Part shown: piece by piece, positions 51,421-64,000 of the stretch | How positions within the stretch are numbered: position 1 is the first letter of the stretch | How the letters are laid out: the number at the start of each line of letters is the position of its first letter | Notes under the pieces: model-generated | What the model saw: only the letters and a program-made list of their open reading frames with translations | Told to the model about the DNA's origin: nothing | Databases searched by the model: none | Translations under genes and position numbers: made by a program | From: Mobula hypostoma | Lineage: Eukaryota | Length of the DNA stretch: 64,000 nucleotides | Direction: 5' to 3' | Assembly: GCF_963921235.1 (NCBI RefSeq) | Contig: NC_086108.1 | Span: forward strand, 62,560,001-62,624,000

Positions 51421-54400
51421 AGTCTACAGCCTTAAATAACATTGTATTTAGAATGAGTAACATTGAATAGGGAAGATATTAAATTAAACTTTGCACATAT
51501 TTTGATAATTACAGACAAAAACTCATATTAAACATTTACAATTTAATGTAGAACACAAAACATAGAACATAGAACAGTACAGTATTGTGTCAACTCTTTA
51601 ACCTACCTTAATGAACTGTCAATCTAACCATTCCTCTCACATAGCACTTAATTTTTCTTTCGTCCATTGCCTATCGAATACCCTTTTAAATCTTCCTAAT
51701 ATATTTTCCGCTTCCACCATCCCTGGAAGCTCCTCGCACTTTCTGTGCGAAAACCTACCTCTGACATTCCCCTGTGTGCTCTTGTAAAATGCAAAGTTCG
51801 GGGTTTATACTGCTATGATTATATTATATTGAAAATAATAGCCAATTGCTGATGATAATCATATTTCTGGAGTCCTTAGTTTATTTCCATTTAGGGAGAA
51901 GGTTTGCTTCTTTCCAAGTGACAAATTCAGGCATTTCTGAATTGTGGATTTATGGTAAACATTCTGGGAGTGTGAAGAACAAATACAGAAAGTGCAGGGA
52001 ATTCTAGCCTAATTATCTTAGGTAATATCTTCCATTTATAGTGTTGACTCCAGGACTACTGCATTAATGTTACTTCAAAGGGTATTGTCTGAATCTGATA
52101 AAGTGATTGATCAGCAAGTTTTGCAGATGACTGCCATCTGGCTGTACCCAAGTCAAGAAGCATATCACCCCCATATCAAAAATTTTATTATCCAAGTATA
52201 AACATTGCTTGAAGAAAAACCTGTTGTAGAGTTCCTAGTTTGTTGAACACTGCTTTAGCTCTCAGAGAAATGCAATTAGGTTATCTTTATGTTATCTTCC
52301 ATTGTCCTGATTCCAGCTTCAAAGACCAAAGATGCTATAACCATTGCCCCAGATCAAGGTTATTTCAGTGACTGCCTGTTTAAGAAAACATACAATTAGC
52401 TAGAGATAAATTTCCAGCATTTGCTTTTGTACTTGTATAAACATCTAATTTTGCATTTAAACACCACATTACAGATCCCCAAAATAACGTGAGTACAATT
52501 TTCAGAAAAAGAGCGAGGTTGTCATCGCACTGAATTTTCTAGTATTTATACTTTAATTAGCATCACTCAAAAAATCTAGTCATGATTATATTAATGTTTG
52601 TGGGAGCAATGTAACTTTCTTGCTGTATTTTGTGCATCAAAATAGTGCCTATATTTCTGAATTTCTCCACTAGCTGTTAGATTCTGCAAATGTTTGAGAA
52701 AAATGTTATGAGTGGATATTTCTTGTGTTTTTTAATTGTCCCTTTGAGCCTGCTCTGTCATTCAGTGATGATATGCAATAATTCTACTTTCCTGTTCTAT
52801 CTCTGACATTTGATTCCACCCTTATCAAGGGGGCCAGATCTACACACAGTACCATAACATTTCATTGTTGATATACTCCAATCACTTCCTTGGTGTATCT
52901 GGTTATTAAACTACTTTACAGGTACAGGGATAATCAGGTTCCTCTGTATGCCAATGTTTCCCACTTTTCAGCAACAAGCATCCTGCCGGAGGAACTCAAC
53001 GGGTTTGGCAGGATCTGTAGGAGAAAATAAACTGTCGACGTTATAGGTTGAAACCCTGCATCAGGATTTTCCTTTTAAAAATTCTTCTTCCTTTCTATTT
53101 ACCACATTTATACTTTTGCAAGCAACATACTAAATTCTATCTGCTAATTTCTTGCCCAGTCATGGAGGACTTTATATTGTTGCATCATCCCCCTAGTTTA
53201 GCTTTATGCTATCAACAAATCTGAATATATTACACTTCATCACTCATGTGGGCCAGGCACAGAGCAGCTAGTTACAGACTGCCATCCTGAAAATTACCTG
53301 CTTATCCCTCGTCCCTGTCCTCTTATCCATCTAGTGATTTCCCAATTGTTGCAACCACATGAGACCTAATTTTGTTTAATTAACCTTGTACATGGAGCTA
53401 CATCAAAATCTCTTGAAAAATGAAATATGGTCCATCCACTGAGTCCTCCCTGTCAATCTGCTAATTATAAATTCATAAAACTTTTAACAAATGTTCCAAA
53501 CTTAATTTCACTGTTCATTCTGTATTTACACTGCCCAATCATATTATTTTTTTTATTGTGTTTCCAATAACAAATTCTAAAATTGTCTCTTTAATTCATG
53601 TTGGATTACCTAGCCTAAAATACTGGTCTCTCTTTTCCTCTTTTCTTAAGAGTAGATTTGTGTTTAGTTCCTTTCTATCTGCTGAGGCCTCGTAAAATCT
53701 AGCAAATTTTGGAAGATCAGAAAGTATTGCTAACTCTTTTAGATACTTGACCCTACAAAACATGACAATTTAAATGTCTATTAGAATTTTGTGAGGTATA
53801 GAATAATTTCCGTGGTTTAGTTAAAATCAACTCTTTCACTTGTTCGTTTTGACCTTTTTCCTCACCCTGAGGAATATGTTCTGTTGGAGTGTAATTAGTC
53901 CATTAATCAGGATGATTAAGAGCATATGATGACTGTCATCAACAAAAAACCTCACAGAATATTTGTCTTTGGTCCAGGATCTCAAGGGATACTAATTTTA
54001 TTGTGAAAGCACAGAAGATATCAAGCTAAGATAAAATGCTCAAGGAAACCAGTTGTGACTTCAAAATTAAACATGGAATCAAAATTAGTGTGGACTTAAA
54101 ATACAGAAAAGCAAACAGCTTCCATAGTAACTAAGTTTTCTATACCTCATGGAATATATAAACCTGACATCAAATTCTCTTTGCAGCATTTTAACGTTCG
54201 AAAAAATGTTCTACATTAAAATGAACAAAACTCATTTCCAAGCATACACGATAATCAGAAAAAATGGATTGAATTAAAATTCTTTTTTAAGTGTTATTGA
54301 ACAATAAAACTTCATTTATTCCTTTATTTAATCACATGTCTAGATTCCAGTTATAATCTCAAACTGGCCTACAAACTGTAAAGTTATTATTGGGTGTCTT

Positions 54401-54528
54401 AAACTCTTGGCAAATGGACCATTACCAATTGGAACCAGCAACAATCCAATCATTCTGACATCAGTGTATCACCTTCCTAGGAATTGATAATTAATTATAA
54501 TGTAATAAGGCAAACATTTTGTGGTAGA

Positions 54529-56902
54529 GGACTGTCTGGGGCCCTGAATGGTGGTGAGGGAGGAAGTGTAAGGGCAGGTGTAGCACTTGTTCCGCTTACA
54601 AGGATAAGTGCCAGGAGGGAGATCAGTGGGGAGGGATGGGGGGGACAAATGGACAAGGGAGTAGCGTAAGGAGCGATCCCTGTGGAAAGCAGAAAGGGGG
54701 GGAAGGAAAGATATGCTTGGTGGTGGGATCCCGTTGGAGGTAGCGGAAGTTACGGAGAATTACATGTTGGACCTGGAGGCTGGTGGAGTGGTAGGTGAGC
54801 ACAAGGGGAACCCTATTCCTAGTGGGGTGGCAGGAGGGTGGGATCAGAGCAGATGTGCGTGAAATGGGAGAGATGCATTTGAGAACAGAATTGATGGTGG
54901 AGGAAGGGAAGACCCTTTCTTTAAAAAAGGAAGACATCTCCTTTGTCCTGGAATGAAAAGCCTCATCCTGAGAGCAGATACGGTGGAGACGGAGGAATTG
55001 CGAGAAGGGGATGGCATTTTTGCAAGAGACAGGGTGGGAAGAGGAATAGTCCAGGTAGTTGTGAGAGTCTGTAGACTTATAGTAGACATCAGTAGATAAG
55101 CTGTCTCCAGAGATAGAGACAGAAAGATCAGGAAAGGGGAGGGAGGTGTCAGAAATGGACCAGGTAAATTTGAGGGCAGGATGAAAGTTGGAGGCAAAGT
55201 TAATGAAGTCAACGAGCTCAGCATGCATGCAGGACGCAGCACCAATGTAGTCGTCAATGTAGCGAAGGGAAAGTGGGGGACGGATACCAGTATAGCCTTG
55301 GAACATGGACTGTTCCACAAAGCCAACAAAGAGGCAGGCATAGCTGGGACCCATACGGGTGCTGTGGCTACACCTTTAGTTTGGAAGAAGTGGGAGGAGC
55401 CAAAGAAGAAATAATTAAGAAAAAGGACTAATTCCGCTAGACGGAGGAGAGTGGTGGTGGAGGGGAATCCAAAGAGAAGTCGAGAGCTTTGAGACCTTCC
55501 TGGTGGGGGATGGAGGTATATAGGGACTGGACATCCATGGTGAAAATAAAGCAGTGGGGGCAGGGAACTTAAAATCATTGAAAAAGTTCAGAGCGTGAAA
55601 ACTGTCATGAACATAGATGGGAAGGGATTGAACAAGAGGGATAAAACAGTGTCGTGGTATGCAGAAATGAGTTCGGTGGGGCAGGAGCAAGCTGAGACAA
55701 TGGGTCTACCTAGACAGGCAGGTTTGTGGATCTTGGGAAGGAGGTAGAAATGGGAAGTGCAGGGTGTGGGAACTATGAGGTTGGTGGCAGTGGATGGGAG
55801 ATCCCCAGAGCTGATAAGGTTGGTGATGGTGTGGGAGACAATGGTCTGGTGCTCCTTAGTGGGGTCATGATTGAGGGGTAAATAAGAGGAGGTATCAGCG
55901 ATTTGTCGCTGTGCCTCGGCAAGGTAGAGATCAGTGCGCCAGACTACAACAGTGCCCCCCCACCTTATCAACAGGTTTTATAGTAAGGTTAGGATTGGTG
56001 CGGAGGGAATGGAGAGCAGAGCGTTCGGAAGGAGTGAGGTTGGAATTGGAACAAGGTGCAGTGAAGTCGAGACGGTTGATGTCCCATTGGCAGTTAGAAA
56101 TAAAGAGATCCAGAGCAGGCAGAAGACCAGAGTGGAGTGTCCATGAAGAGGAGGAGGGTTGAAGACCACCATTCAGGGCCCCAGACAGTCCTTCCAGGTG
56201 AGGCGACACTTCACCCGTGAGTCGGTTGGTGTGATATACTGTGTCCGGTGCTCCTGGTGCGGCCTTCTATATATTGGAGAGACCTGACGCAGACTGTGAG
56301 ACCGTTTCGCTGAACATCTACGCTCTGTTCGCCAGAGAAAGCAGGATCTCCCAGTGGCCACACATTTTAATTCCACGTCCCATCCCCATTCTGATATGTC
56401 TATCCATGGCCTCCTCTACTGTCAAGATGAAGCCATACTCAAGTTGGAGGAACAATACCTTATATTCCGTCTTGGTAGCCTCCAACCTGATGGCATGAAT
56501 ATTGGCTTCTCTAACTTCCGTTAATGCCTCTCCTCCCCTTCTTACCCCATCCCTTATTTGTTTATTTATTTCCCTCTTTTTTCTCTCTCTCTCTGTCCCT
56601 CTCACAATAACTCCTTGCCTTCTCTCCATCTTCCTCTGGTGCTCCCCTCCCCCTTTCTTTCTCCCTAGGCCTCCCGTCCCATGATCCTCTCCCTCCTCCA
56701 GCCTTGTATCCCTTTTGCCAATCAACTGTCCAGCTCTTAGCTTCATCCCTCTCCCTCCTGTCTTCTCCTATCATTTCGAATCTCTTACTATCTCTCCTTT
56801 CAGTTAGTCCTGACGAAGGGTCTCGGTCCGAAACGTCGAGAGTACTTCTTCCTATAGATGCTGCCTGGCCTGCTGCGTTCCACCAGCATTTTGTGTGTGT
56901 TG
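54529..56902. mobile_element. Penelope-like element with an inverted 5' part (RT on minus, 54529-56160; GIY-YIG and pseudo-LTR on plus, 56165-56902)
   Basis: 'KPVDK', 'YLLPKIHK..GRPIVS', 'MGPSYACLFVG', 'LRYIDD' on minus; 'VIYCVRCSWCGLLYIGET' on plus. Confidence 0.92.
56806..56840 (+). ncRNA. Minimal hammerhead ribozyme motif in a Penelope pseudo-LTR
   Basis: agtc-CTGACGA-a-gggt-ctcg-gtcc-GAAAC-GTC; core boxes intact, stem I partly mutated. Confidence 0.7.
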
Positions 56903-58166
56903 CAAGTATACTATTATCCATTTGCAATCTATTTTCTTAATCAACATAAACACATTCTTGGTATATGGCATAATCTGTCACAAACACATGGATTTCCAAA
57001 GTCCAAATCATTAACCATTAACCAAACCAAGTTTGTCATTCCAAGTTTGTAACTACTCCAGATTGTTATTGATTGTAATTTGTTAGAAGTGGCCTCAGAT
57101 ATTGGATGAAGCATCAATAAGACTTACTGAGATTTTGTTTTGCACTTTTTTTTCTCTTGTCACTTCCATGTTTAAGGTTGATATGACTGACATTTCCATG
57201 AGGATAAATCCACACTTAATTGAAGAGTATTTGAGTTGGTTTCCCATTTGCTACCTCACAATTTTCAGATTCGGAGCCACTTCTCCTGGCCTGATTAAAA
57301 AATCGCACCTCTCTCCAGAAACTGGCCTGAAGGAAGAGTAAACATTGTTCTAAATCAATGGCCAGTAATCTGTATGTACAGCACTTCATTCACCAGGATT
57401 ATCAGGACCAGTGACCCCAGACTCAACCACTTGACTCCTCATTGTCATTGAGCGGTAGTTGTTCCAATTACGTGAGAGGCTCTCCTGGACTTTCAAACAC
57501 TCCTAAACCAATTTTTTTGGCCATTTTTCCGTACCTAGCAAGCTAGTACAAAAACACCCATTTGCCACAGCAGATTGTCAACAATATTTAAATGTGACAC
57601 AAATCTAGATGTGGTTTGGATCACCCAGTACTTTGGATGAAGGGATGGTCACCATACCAAGCATGCCACCATTCTAGATAGAGTCTTATCATGCACTCTG
57701 AGATACTTGATCTTTGAAATTAGAAAGTATATGAATTGTTCCTGGACTGTCAATATCAATATTCCTAATAATAGCGCAGCAGCTCTGCGAATGAAGTAAG
57801 TAAACATGATTATCTGGCTCATCAAAGGGCTGTAGTGTTTGTAGTCACTGCACATAGAATCATTTTCTCAGAGTATGTATTGATGCTGGAATGTCAATGA
57901 TTCTACTAGAAGTATCACCACTTTATCTTACTGAGTAAACTTTACATTGCTCTCAGATACATGGATAAACCTGTCTCCCTGACCAAATAGATTTAAACTG
58001 AAATGCAGTATTCCCAGTATAATATTAACTTAAACTATCAAATGAAAAATGCCAAAACAAAAGATAAAGATACCTGCCCATTATCCTATTACTTCTTTAT
58101 CCTCTTCATACTTTTATATAAATCTTAACTCTCTGCATTTAAAGTTAAAAATTTTAGCTAATCTAT

Positions 58167-58970
58167 TGTAATACCCTGGTTAAGGTTTCTACTGCTAAGC
58201 TGTGAGGTAGTTTATCTTCGCAGCTTTCTCAAAAAGCAGTGTGCCATGCTGGAAAATGTGTTAAGGATAAGTACAACTTAGGAATGTGAGTGATCCAGTC
58301 AGGTTTGGGGGATGTGAGAGAAGGTTCTAGAGAGCTCTGGTGAAGGGTTTTCTGAAGGACAATAGTCTGGTTTGGGAGCGCTGTGCGGGACTTCGAGGGA
58401 AGATGCCACAGAATGCCATTGGAAGGAGAGTCCCTGTTGCACGAAGTGCGTTGTGCAGATGAATGGCTCCAAGGAGGAAGGGACGATGCTCCTGAGAGAG
58501 CCAAATGATCCGAGATGGATTTTGACGGAAGTTTGGAATATGGTGAGTGCTTTCACGCAAACCATGTGTCCAGCGCGTGAGTAAAAGATGACTCCAGTAT
58601 GAACTCCAACTCTCTATGCACATTGAACTGGGTTAGCTGGAATGGGCCCTTTTATTTTTTTTTCTTTTTTTCTTCCTATTTACTGTTTGATAAAGCTGAA
58701 ATTGGTAAATATACTTTCTTTATAATTTTACGCGATGCACGATCTGCTGACTGAATATTGCGTATCAGCAGTATTGACACAGCATTCGCTCACGCCAAAG
58801 TTCCTTTAATTGGAATATCCCTACGTTCCTGTTTGGTTGAACCCCAAATCATACCGACCCTAGACGTATATTGCTTATGAAAAGTGGCATTCTTGTCGCT
58901 GAGTCACGAGGCTTTTAGCAGAGCTGGCTAACAAGCCAACTTTGTACATGAGCCCAGTGAGAGGGTTACG
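58167..58970 (+). mobile_element. Solo LTR (804 bp), a further family
   Basis: Ends tgtaataccc...gggttacg (CA mutated to CG); 4-bp TSD CTAT (58163-58166 / 58971-58974); strand is tentative. Confidence 0.8.
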
Positions 58971-59637
58971 CTATTTTGTTTTGATTTAGTCACTTGTGCA
59001 TTTAGAAGAAGCCAAAAGGTTTTCATTTGGTACTTCCTCGGGGTGGAATCATGTGACCAGTCACAAAGTTTCAGACTCCTCTTAAGCACATTTCTAAATA
59101 ACTGTAAAGGTTTCTAAGATGCAGGGTAAAATTTAATTGATTCATTTCTTCAGGTACACCTGCAGATGGCAAAAGACTTTGAGAAAGCTATAAGTTCCTG
59201 AGGTAGATTTTAAAATTATTGCCCATATAGTTTCTTTTTGACTTGTTTCCATGGCTGGCATTTGGGATCAGTGTTAATTGCTTTTTCTCTGCGTTGCTCA
59301 ATTCCCGTTATTGATATGAAAGGATTTCCTACCAGAAATTTTTCATACGCCCAGAAAAATGGTAAAGCAGTCGGAGGATGTCAGACGGCTTCATCTCCCA
59401 GTAGTTGCTCCGCGTTCTCCTATATACAGTCAGACTGCGGACCTGAAATGAAGTGCCTTTGCCTACCGTTGGCAGAGGACGTATCACCGTCACTACAGAT
59501 CCGCAGTCCACCTGCAAAGAAATGTGAACTGCTGTCTCACTGTTACACTGGATGGTGATTGGGAACCTATTTAGCCGTACTTGTCTAATTCATTATAAGC
59601 CCACCCGCAAATGGCTGTGACAATCTACATCTATATC

Positions 59638-61121
59638 TGTCATGGTCCGGATCGGGGTCCCTTTAAATTTAACTTGTTTATGTTACGATCCGGACCATTG
59701 ATTCCCTGTTTTCCCGTGTCCCTCGACTTTGGTGATTAGAGGCAATTAAAACTTGGCTGAACCGGTAGTTTATAGTCTCCGGCTTTCAGCCGTTCGGGTC
59801 GGGAGCGTCTGCAAAGTCATCTAAGGTACGGTGTGCCGATGTTATCTGGCCGGAGCAAGCCTAGTCTCTGCCAAAGCGAGTGCCAGTAATTCACCTCTCC
59901 TCACCAGAGCAACCCTGTCCAGTTACCTCACCAAAGCGAGCCTGCAAAATTTCCTCACCGAGGTGGGTCCATCGGTTAACCCACCGGAGGGAATCAAGAA
60001 CCGCTGTCTACTGTTCCCAGGCCGAGTCGAGAACTCGCCACTACCCGGAGGTTCCAAGTCAAGTCCTGGCTCCAGCGGCATTCAAGCACTAAGTCAAGTC
60101 CTGGTCCCGGCCACATTCAAGCACCAAGTCAGGTCCTGGCCCTGGCGGCATTCAAGCACCAAGTCAGGTCCTGTCCCTGGCGGCATTCAAGCACCAAGTC
60201 AAGTCCTGTCCCTGGTGGCGTCCCAGTTCTGAGTCAAGTCCTGGCCCTGGCGGTCTGTGATTCCAGTCCTACTCCCTTGTGTGAATCCCTTCTCTGCCCC
60301 TCTCGCCTCTAGCCCTCATCTGCAGCCCCCGCCTGCACTTCGGTCTAGTCCCATCGCTGGAGCTAGATAGGTACTGTCTGGTGTTCATTCGTGTTGGTCT
60401 TGTCTTGTCTTGTCTTGTCCTTGCCTCCGTGGGGTAAGTCAGGCCATCTTGCCGTTGCCCCGTGGGGAGTCATGTCTTGTCTTGTCTTGTCCTCGCCTCA
60501 GTGGGGTAGGTCAGGCCGTCTTGCCGTTGCCCTGTGGCGGGGTCATGTTCTGTCTTGTCTTGTCCTCGTCTCCGTGGGGTAAGTCAGGCCATCTTGCCGT
60601 TGCCCCGCGGAGGGTCATGAGTCCCGGCCCTATGTCCTGTACCCAAGGAGGCGTCCCAGCTCTCTGTTCTGTGAGTGAGTCCCAGCCCTATGTCCTGTAC
60701 CCTAGGAGGGGCTCTGACTCTGTGTTCTGTGTATGTGTCCATGGTTCCATGTACCTGCTCTCCCGGGACCGAGGCTCTGTGTTCCCATGTTCCTCCTCTC
60801 CCTAGCCCATGTCATGTCCATGCCTGGTTCTGTGGTCCGAGCCCAAGGCAAGACCCAGGTACTGGGTCCTTGCCCAGTCTCTGGCTCGGAGTTCATACCC
60901 TAGCCTCTTCATGTCTCCGCTAGTTCTGGGATCCAATTCCGAGTCCAAGCCCAGACCCCTAGTCCCAGCCTAGTCGTAGTCCTGAGTCCTTGTCCAATTC
61001 GCTACTCCTGCTCCTGCCTAGCTCTCCTGGTATCGAACAATAAACTAAATCTAAATAACCTCACAATATGTGTCTTGCATTTGGATCCACCCTTGCTCCC
61101 AAAGCCCCCTCCATTGTGACA
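59638..61121 (+). mobile_element. Long solo LTR (1484 bp) with internal tandem arrays
   Basis: TGTCA...TGACA ends, 5-bp TSD ATATC (59633-59637 / 61122-61126), AATAAA at ~61039. Confidence 0.85.
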
Positions 61122-61583
61122 ATATCAATCTCAAGGTTGTAGAATTTATACGTTCTTTGATAATAAATGTACTTTGAATCTTTGAGAAGGATAAAGACCA
61201 GGGTCTGACATCTGCTGTAATAAAGCTGACAGGATTGCAAATCACTATGCAGATAAGAATAAAGCAGAAAGTTGAATGTCCTGAGCTTCTAACACCTGAA
61301 TAAAGGACATCCCATACGTGTACAAGCACTTGGTGACTAGAGAGATGCATGGAGGTGGATTTGCCAGCTGCTGTAGGGTTGAAGACACCTTCTTTGGGTG
61401 GGAACAGTGCATTTCTGTGTGTCTTCTCTCCCCAATGCCTGCACCCGCCCCCCCCCCCCCCACACACACACCAAGCTGAGCTGAGCAGACTTCCTCACTG
61501 AGTCCCTGAGGCTGGCTGGTGATTATTCTTCCTATGCCTGCTTGCTCTCCCATCATACCTGTTTCTGTGACCCTCTCTTACAG

Positions 61584-61607
61584 TCTGGTTTTGTTCACTG
61601 GACTCAG
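61584..61607 (+). other. Candidate 24-nt micro-exon
   Basis: Long pyrimidine tract ending 'ccctctcttacAG', 24 nt with no stop in any frame, then 'CAG|GTGAGT'; flanks look non-repetitive. Confidence 0.4.
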
Positions 61608-64000
61608 GTGAGTCAGAATGCAATGAAAATCAAATTAGAACTGTTTTACATCCTAAGGCAAAAATTACTTTCACCTGTATTTTGTTTTAAGATTGCAAGT
61701 ATTGATTTGACAAGTTGAGGGGGTGGGGGACCTGGAAGGGTAAATTGAGAAAGTAATTTCTGATCCCTGAGAACTGCCATTTCACACACTCTGTGTGATG
61801 TGATAATCTCAGACTGACTCTTCTCATATGCTGGGGATCTCAGATTCTTGAATTTGGTTTTTACAAATTTATGATTTCTATTAATATTTTCAAGCTCTTC
61901 ATCAGATATTAAATCACACTATGAAGATGCATAAAAAGAGATCACTTGATGTACCATATGTGTGAATGAGATAGAACATATAGAATGGTGCAGTGTGGAA
62001 AATGACCCTTCACCTCACATGTCTGTGCTAATTTGACAAATTGCATCAATCTCTACATTCACTCTTCTCCATGTTAATCTCCATCTGCCATTTCTCCACC
62101 CAAATTTCCAAACGACTTATACCTTGTTGTATCCTTTGACAGTCTTTATCTTTATCCACAACTTCTCCAATTTTCTGGTTGTGTGCAAACTGTGTTTTCA
62201 TACAAATCATTTATATTTCAAACAACAGATGTTCCAACACTAATTCTTGTCGTATCTCATGGAGGTACAGAAGCCTGAAGTCCCTCACCACCAGGTTCAA
62301 GAACAGCTATTTCTCTTCAACCGTTCTTGACTCATCCTGTACAACCTTAACCCCAATGTGATCACTTGGCACTACAATGGATTTTGTTTTATTTTGTTAT
62401 AATTGTTTCTTTGTCATATAATTTATTTGGCTGATTTAAGTTTTCTCATGAATGCTGTGTATCTGATGCCATGTGCATGTGATGTTGCGACAAGGTGGTG
62501 TGCATTCGTTAAACAAGACCACTATTATAGACCTCCAGTTAAAATAAAATTAATATTAAAGTTAAAATGCCACCAATACTTTTTATCTTCTATGACAAAG
62601 CCAATTTTGTAAGCAGCTTACCAACTAATCATAAATCCCATGTGACTTAATCTTCTGCATCAGCCTACCATGACGGACAATGTACACAGCCCTTCATTAC
62701 CTCCTGAAGAAAACCCATGAGACCTGTGCTGTACAAAAGCATGCTACAGCTTTAAAGGAATAATCCAATTAGTTCATTTTCCTGCTCTTTCTTCCTTTAT
62801 TGAACAATTGAAAGTGAATTTAATGTATTTTTTTCTGCCACACTTATAGTGCATTCCAGATTGTAATAACTTAATGGGTAATGTTATTCTCCCCAAAATG
62901 CTTCTATTTCCTTTGTCAAATGTCTTAAATGTCAGTGTGTTTTGGTTTCTGGAACAGACTTCTTCAATTTATTGCATGAAAACTTTTCACAATTTAGAAA
63001 GTTTTGATAAAATATTCTCCACTTAAAGAACATCTCCAATTTCACAAACAATTTTTTTTTACCTTTGATAGCATTCTAGTTTCTTTTTCTGTATCTTCTC
63101 TGAAATCCTGCCTGTATTTTCTAAGGCATTGTATATAGAATGAGTCACAAAATTTTAGATGGGCCATAACAGGTATTTACAAGGTTTTAGCACAACATGC
63201 TACTTGTGTACTTAATGTCTCTTTGTAAATATGCGCACTTAATAGTCCTTTGCAACATCATTTCTTCATCCCTTTTTAAATGTGCCACCTCACTCACTAC
63301 ATTCTTACCAAAATGAATGATTTAATACATTACCACATTAAGCATGATTTCTTTCCATGTCACTTCGAAATCCATTACTAAGGTTATTCCAGCTCCAACC
63401 AGCCCACCATCCCCACCCCCAGTGCCCCTTGGCACCTGATTCGATATGCCTGGTATTCTTCAACTTCCCCTCTCCCCACCATCCCATCAATCATCCTGTC
63501 CCCTGTCTCACAATTCCCTTCTCCATTCTTTACCATAATTCAGTCTTTCAACCTGAAATATTGACATCTTCTTTCCCCTCACAGATGAAACTCAACCCAG
63601 TGACTTTTCCAGCAGATTGTTTGTCTGCAGTTTGTTACATCCTCACTAGATTTATGCAGTACACATGTCAGGGAAATAAAGATTTTTTTTGATTTTTGAA
63701 TTAAAGGGATGATGGTGCAATGATTTTGTGTTTTAAAATTCCGCCAATGAGTTCCATATGAAAGTTTATATGGAGTTCATGGGATTGCATGTTTTGAGGA
63801 TTAATTCATGGGCAGAAAACAGAAATAAGCAGATCAATTCCGGATTTGCAGGCCATAACTAGATTACAAGATCCAGCTTGGGCCTCAGCCATATCAATGA
63901 CAGGGATGAGATGAGCAAGATGAATTTATCAAGGTTTGTCATTGATACGAAGCTAAGTGGGAAAGTGAGCAATGAAATGTTCACCAAAACTTCCAAAGGG

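Noticed and set aside
60056..60253. 35-bp periodic repeats resembling a CRISPR array
   Set aside because: Units are contiguous with no unique spacers, sit inside a eukaryotic LTR, and no cas genes are present

Overview
Eukaryotic, repeat-dominated vertebrate DNA with no recognisable multi-exon host gene. The repeat set (CR1 LINEs with octamer tails, V-SINEs, Penelope pseudo-LTRs, Rex1/Babar-like LINEs) suggests a cartilaginous fish, probably a ray; this is an inference. The centrepiece is a very young LTR retrotransposon (39365-44183, minus strand). It has 837-bp LTRs differing at one base that I could find, a CTAC target-site duplication (TSD), a tRNA-Pro-like PBS and a PPT. Its single 957-aa ORF keeps Gag (SCAN-like region, CCHC) and protease. 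The rest of Pol is reduced to non-catalytic remnants in Gmr1 order (PR-INT-RT-RH). A solo LTR of the same family lies at 7454-8316. A second, older LTR element with only gag and protease recognisable spans 30378-37850. Also present: Penelope-like elements with minimal hammerhead-ribozyme motifs, a Penelope-associated inversion with an inverted duplication, tandem R4/Dong-like RLE retrotransposons, three further solo LTRs, CORE- and V-SINEs, a 946-bp pure pyrimidine tract and a candidate 24-nt micro-exon. Boundaries marked by TSDs were read base by base; the others are approximate. Family assignments come from motif recognition, not database searches.
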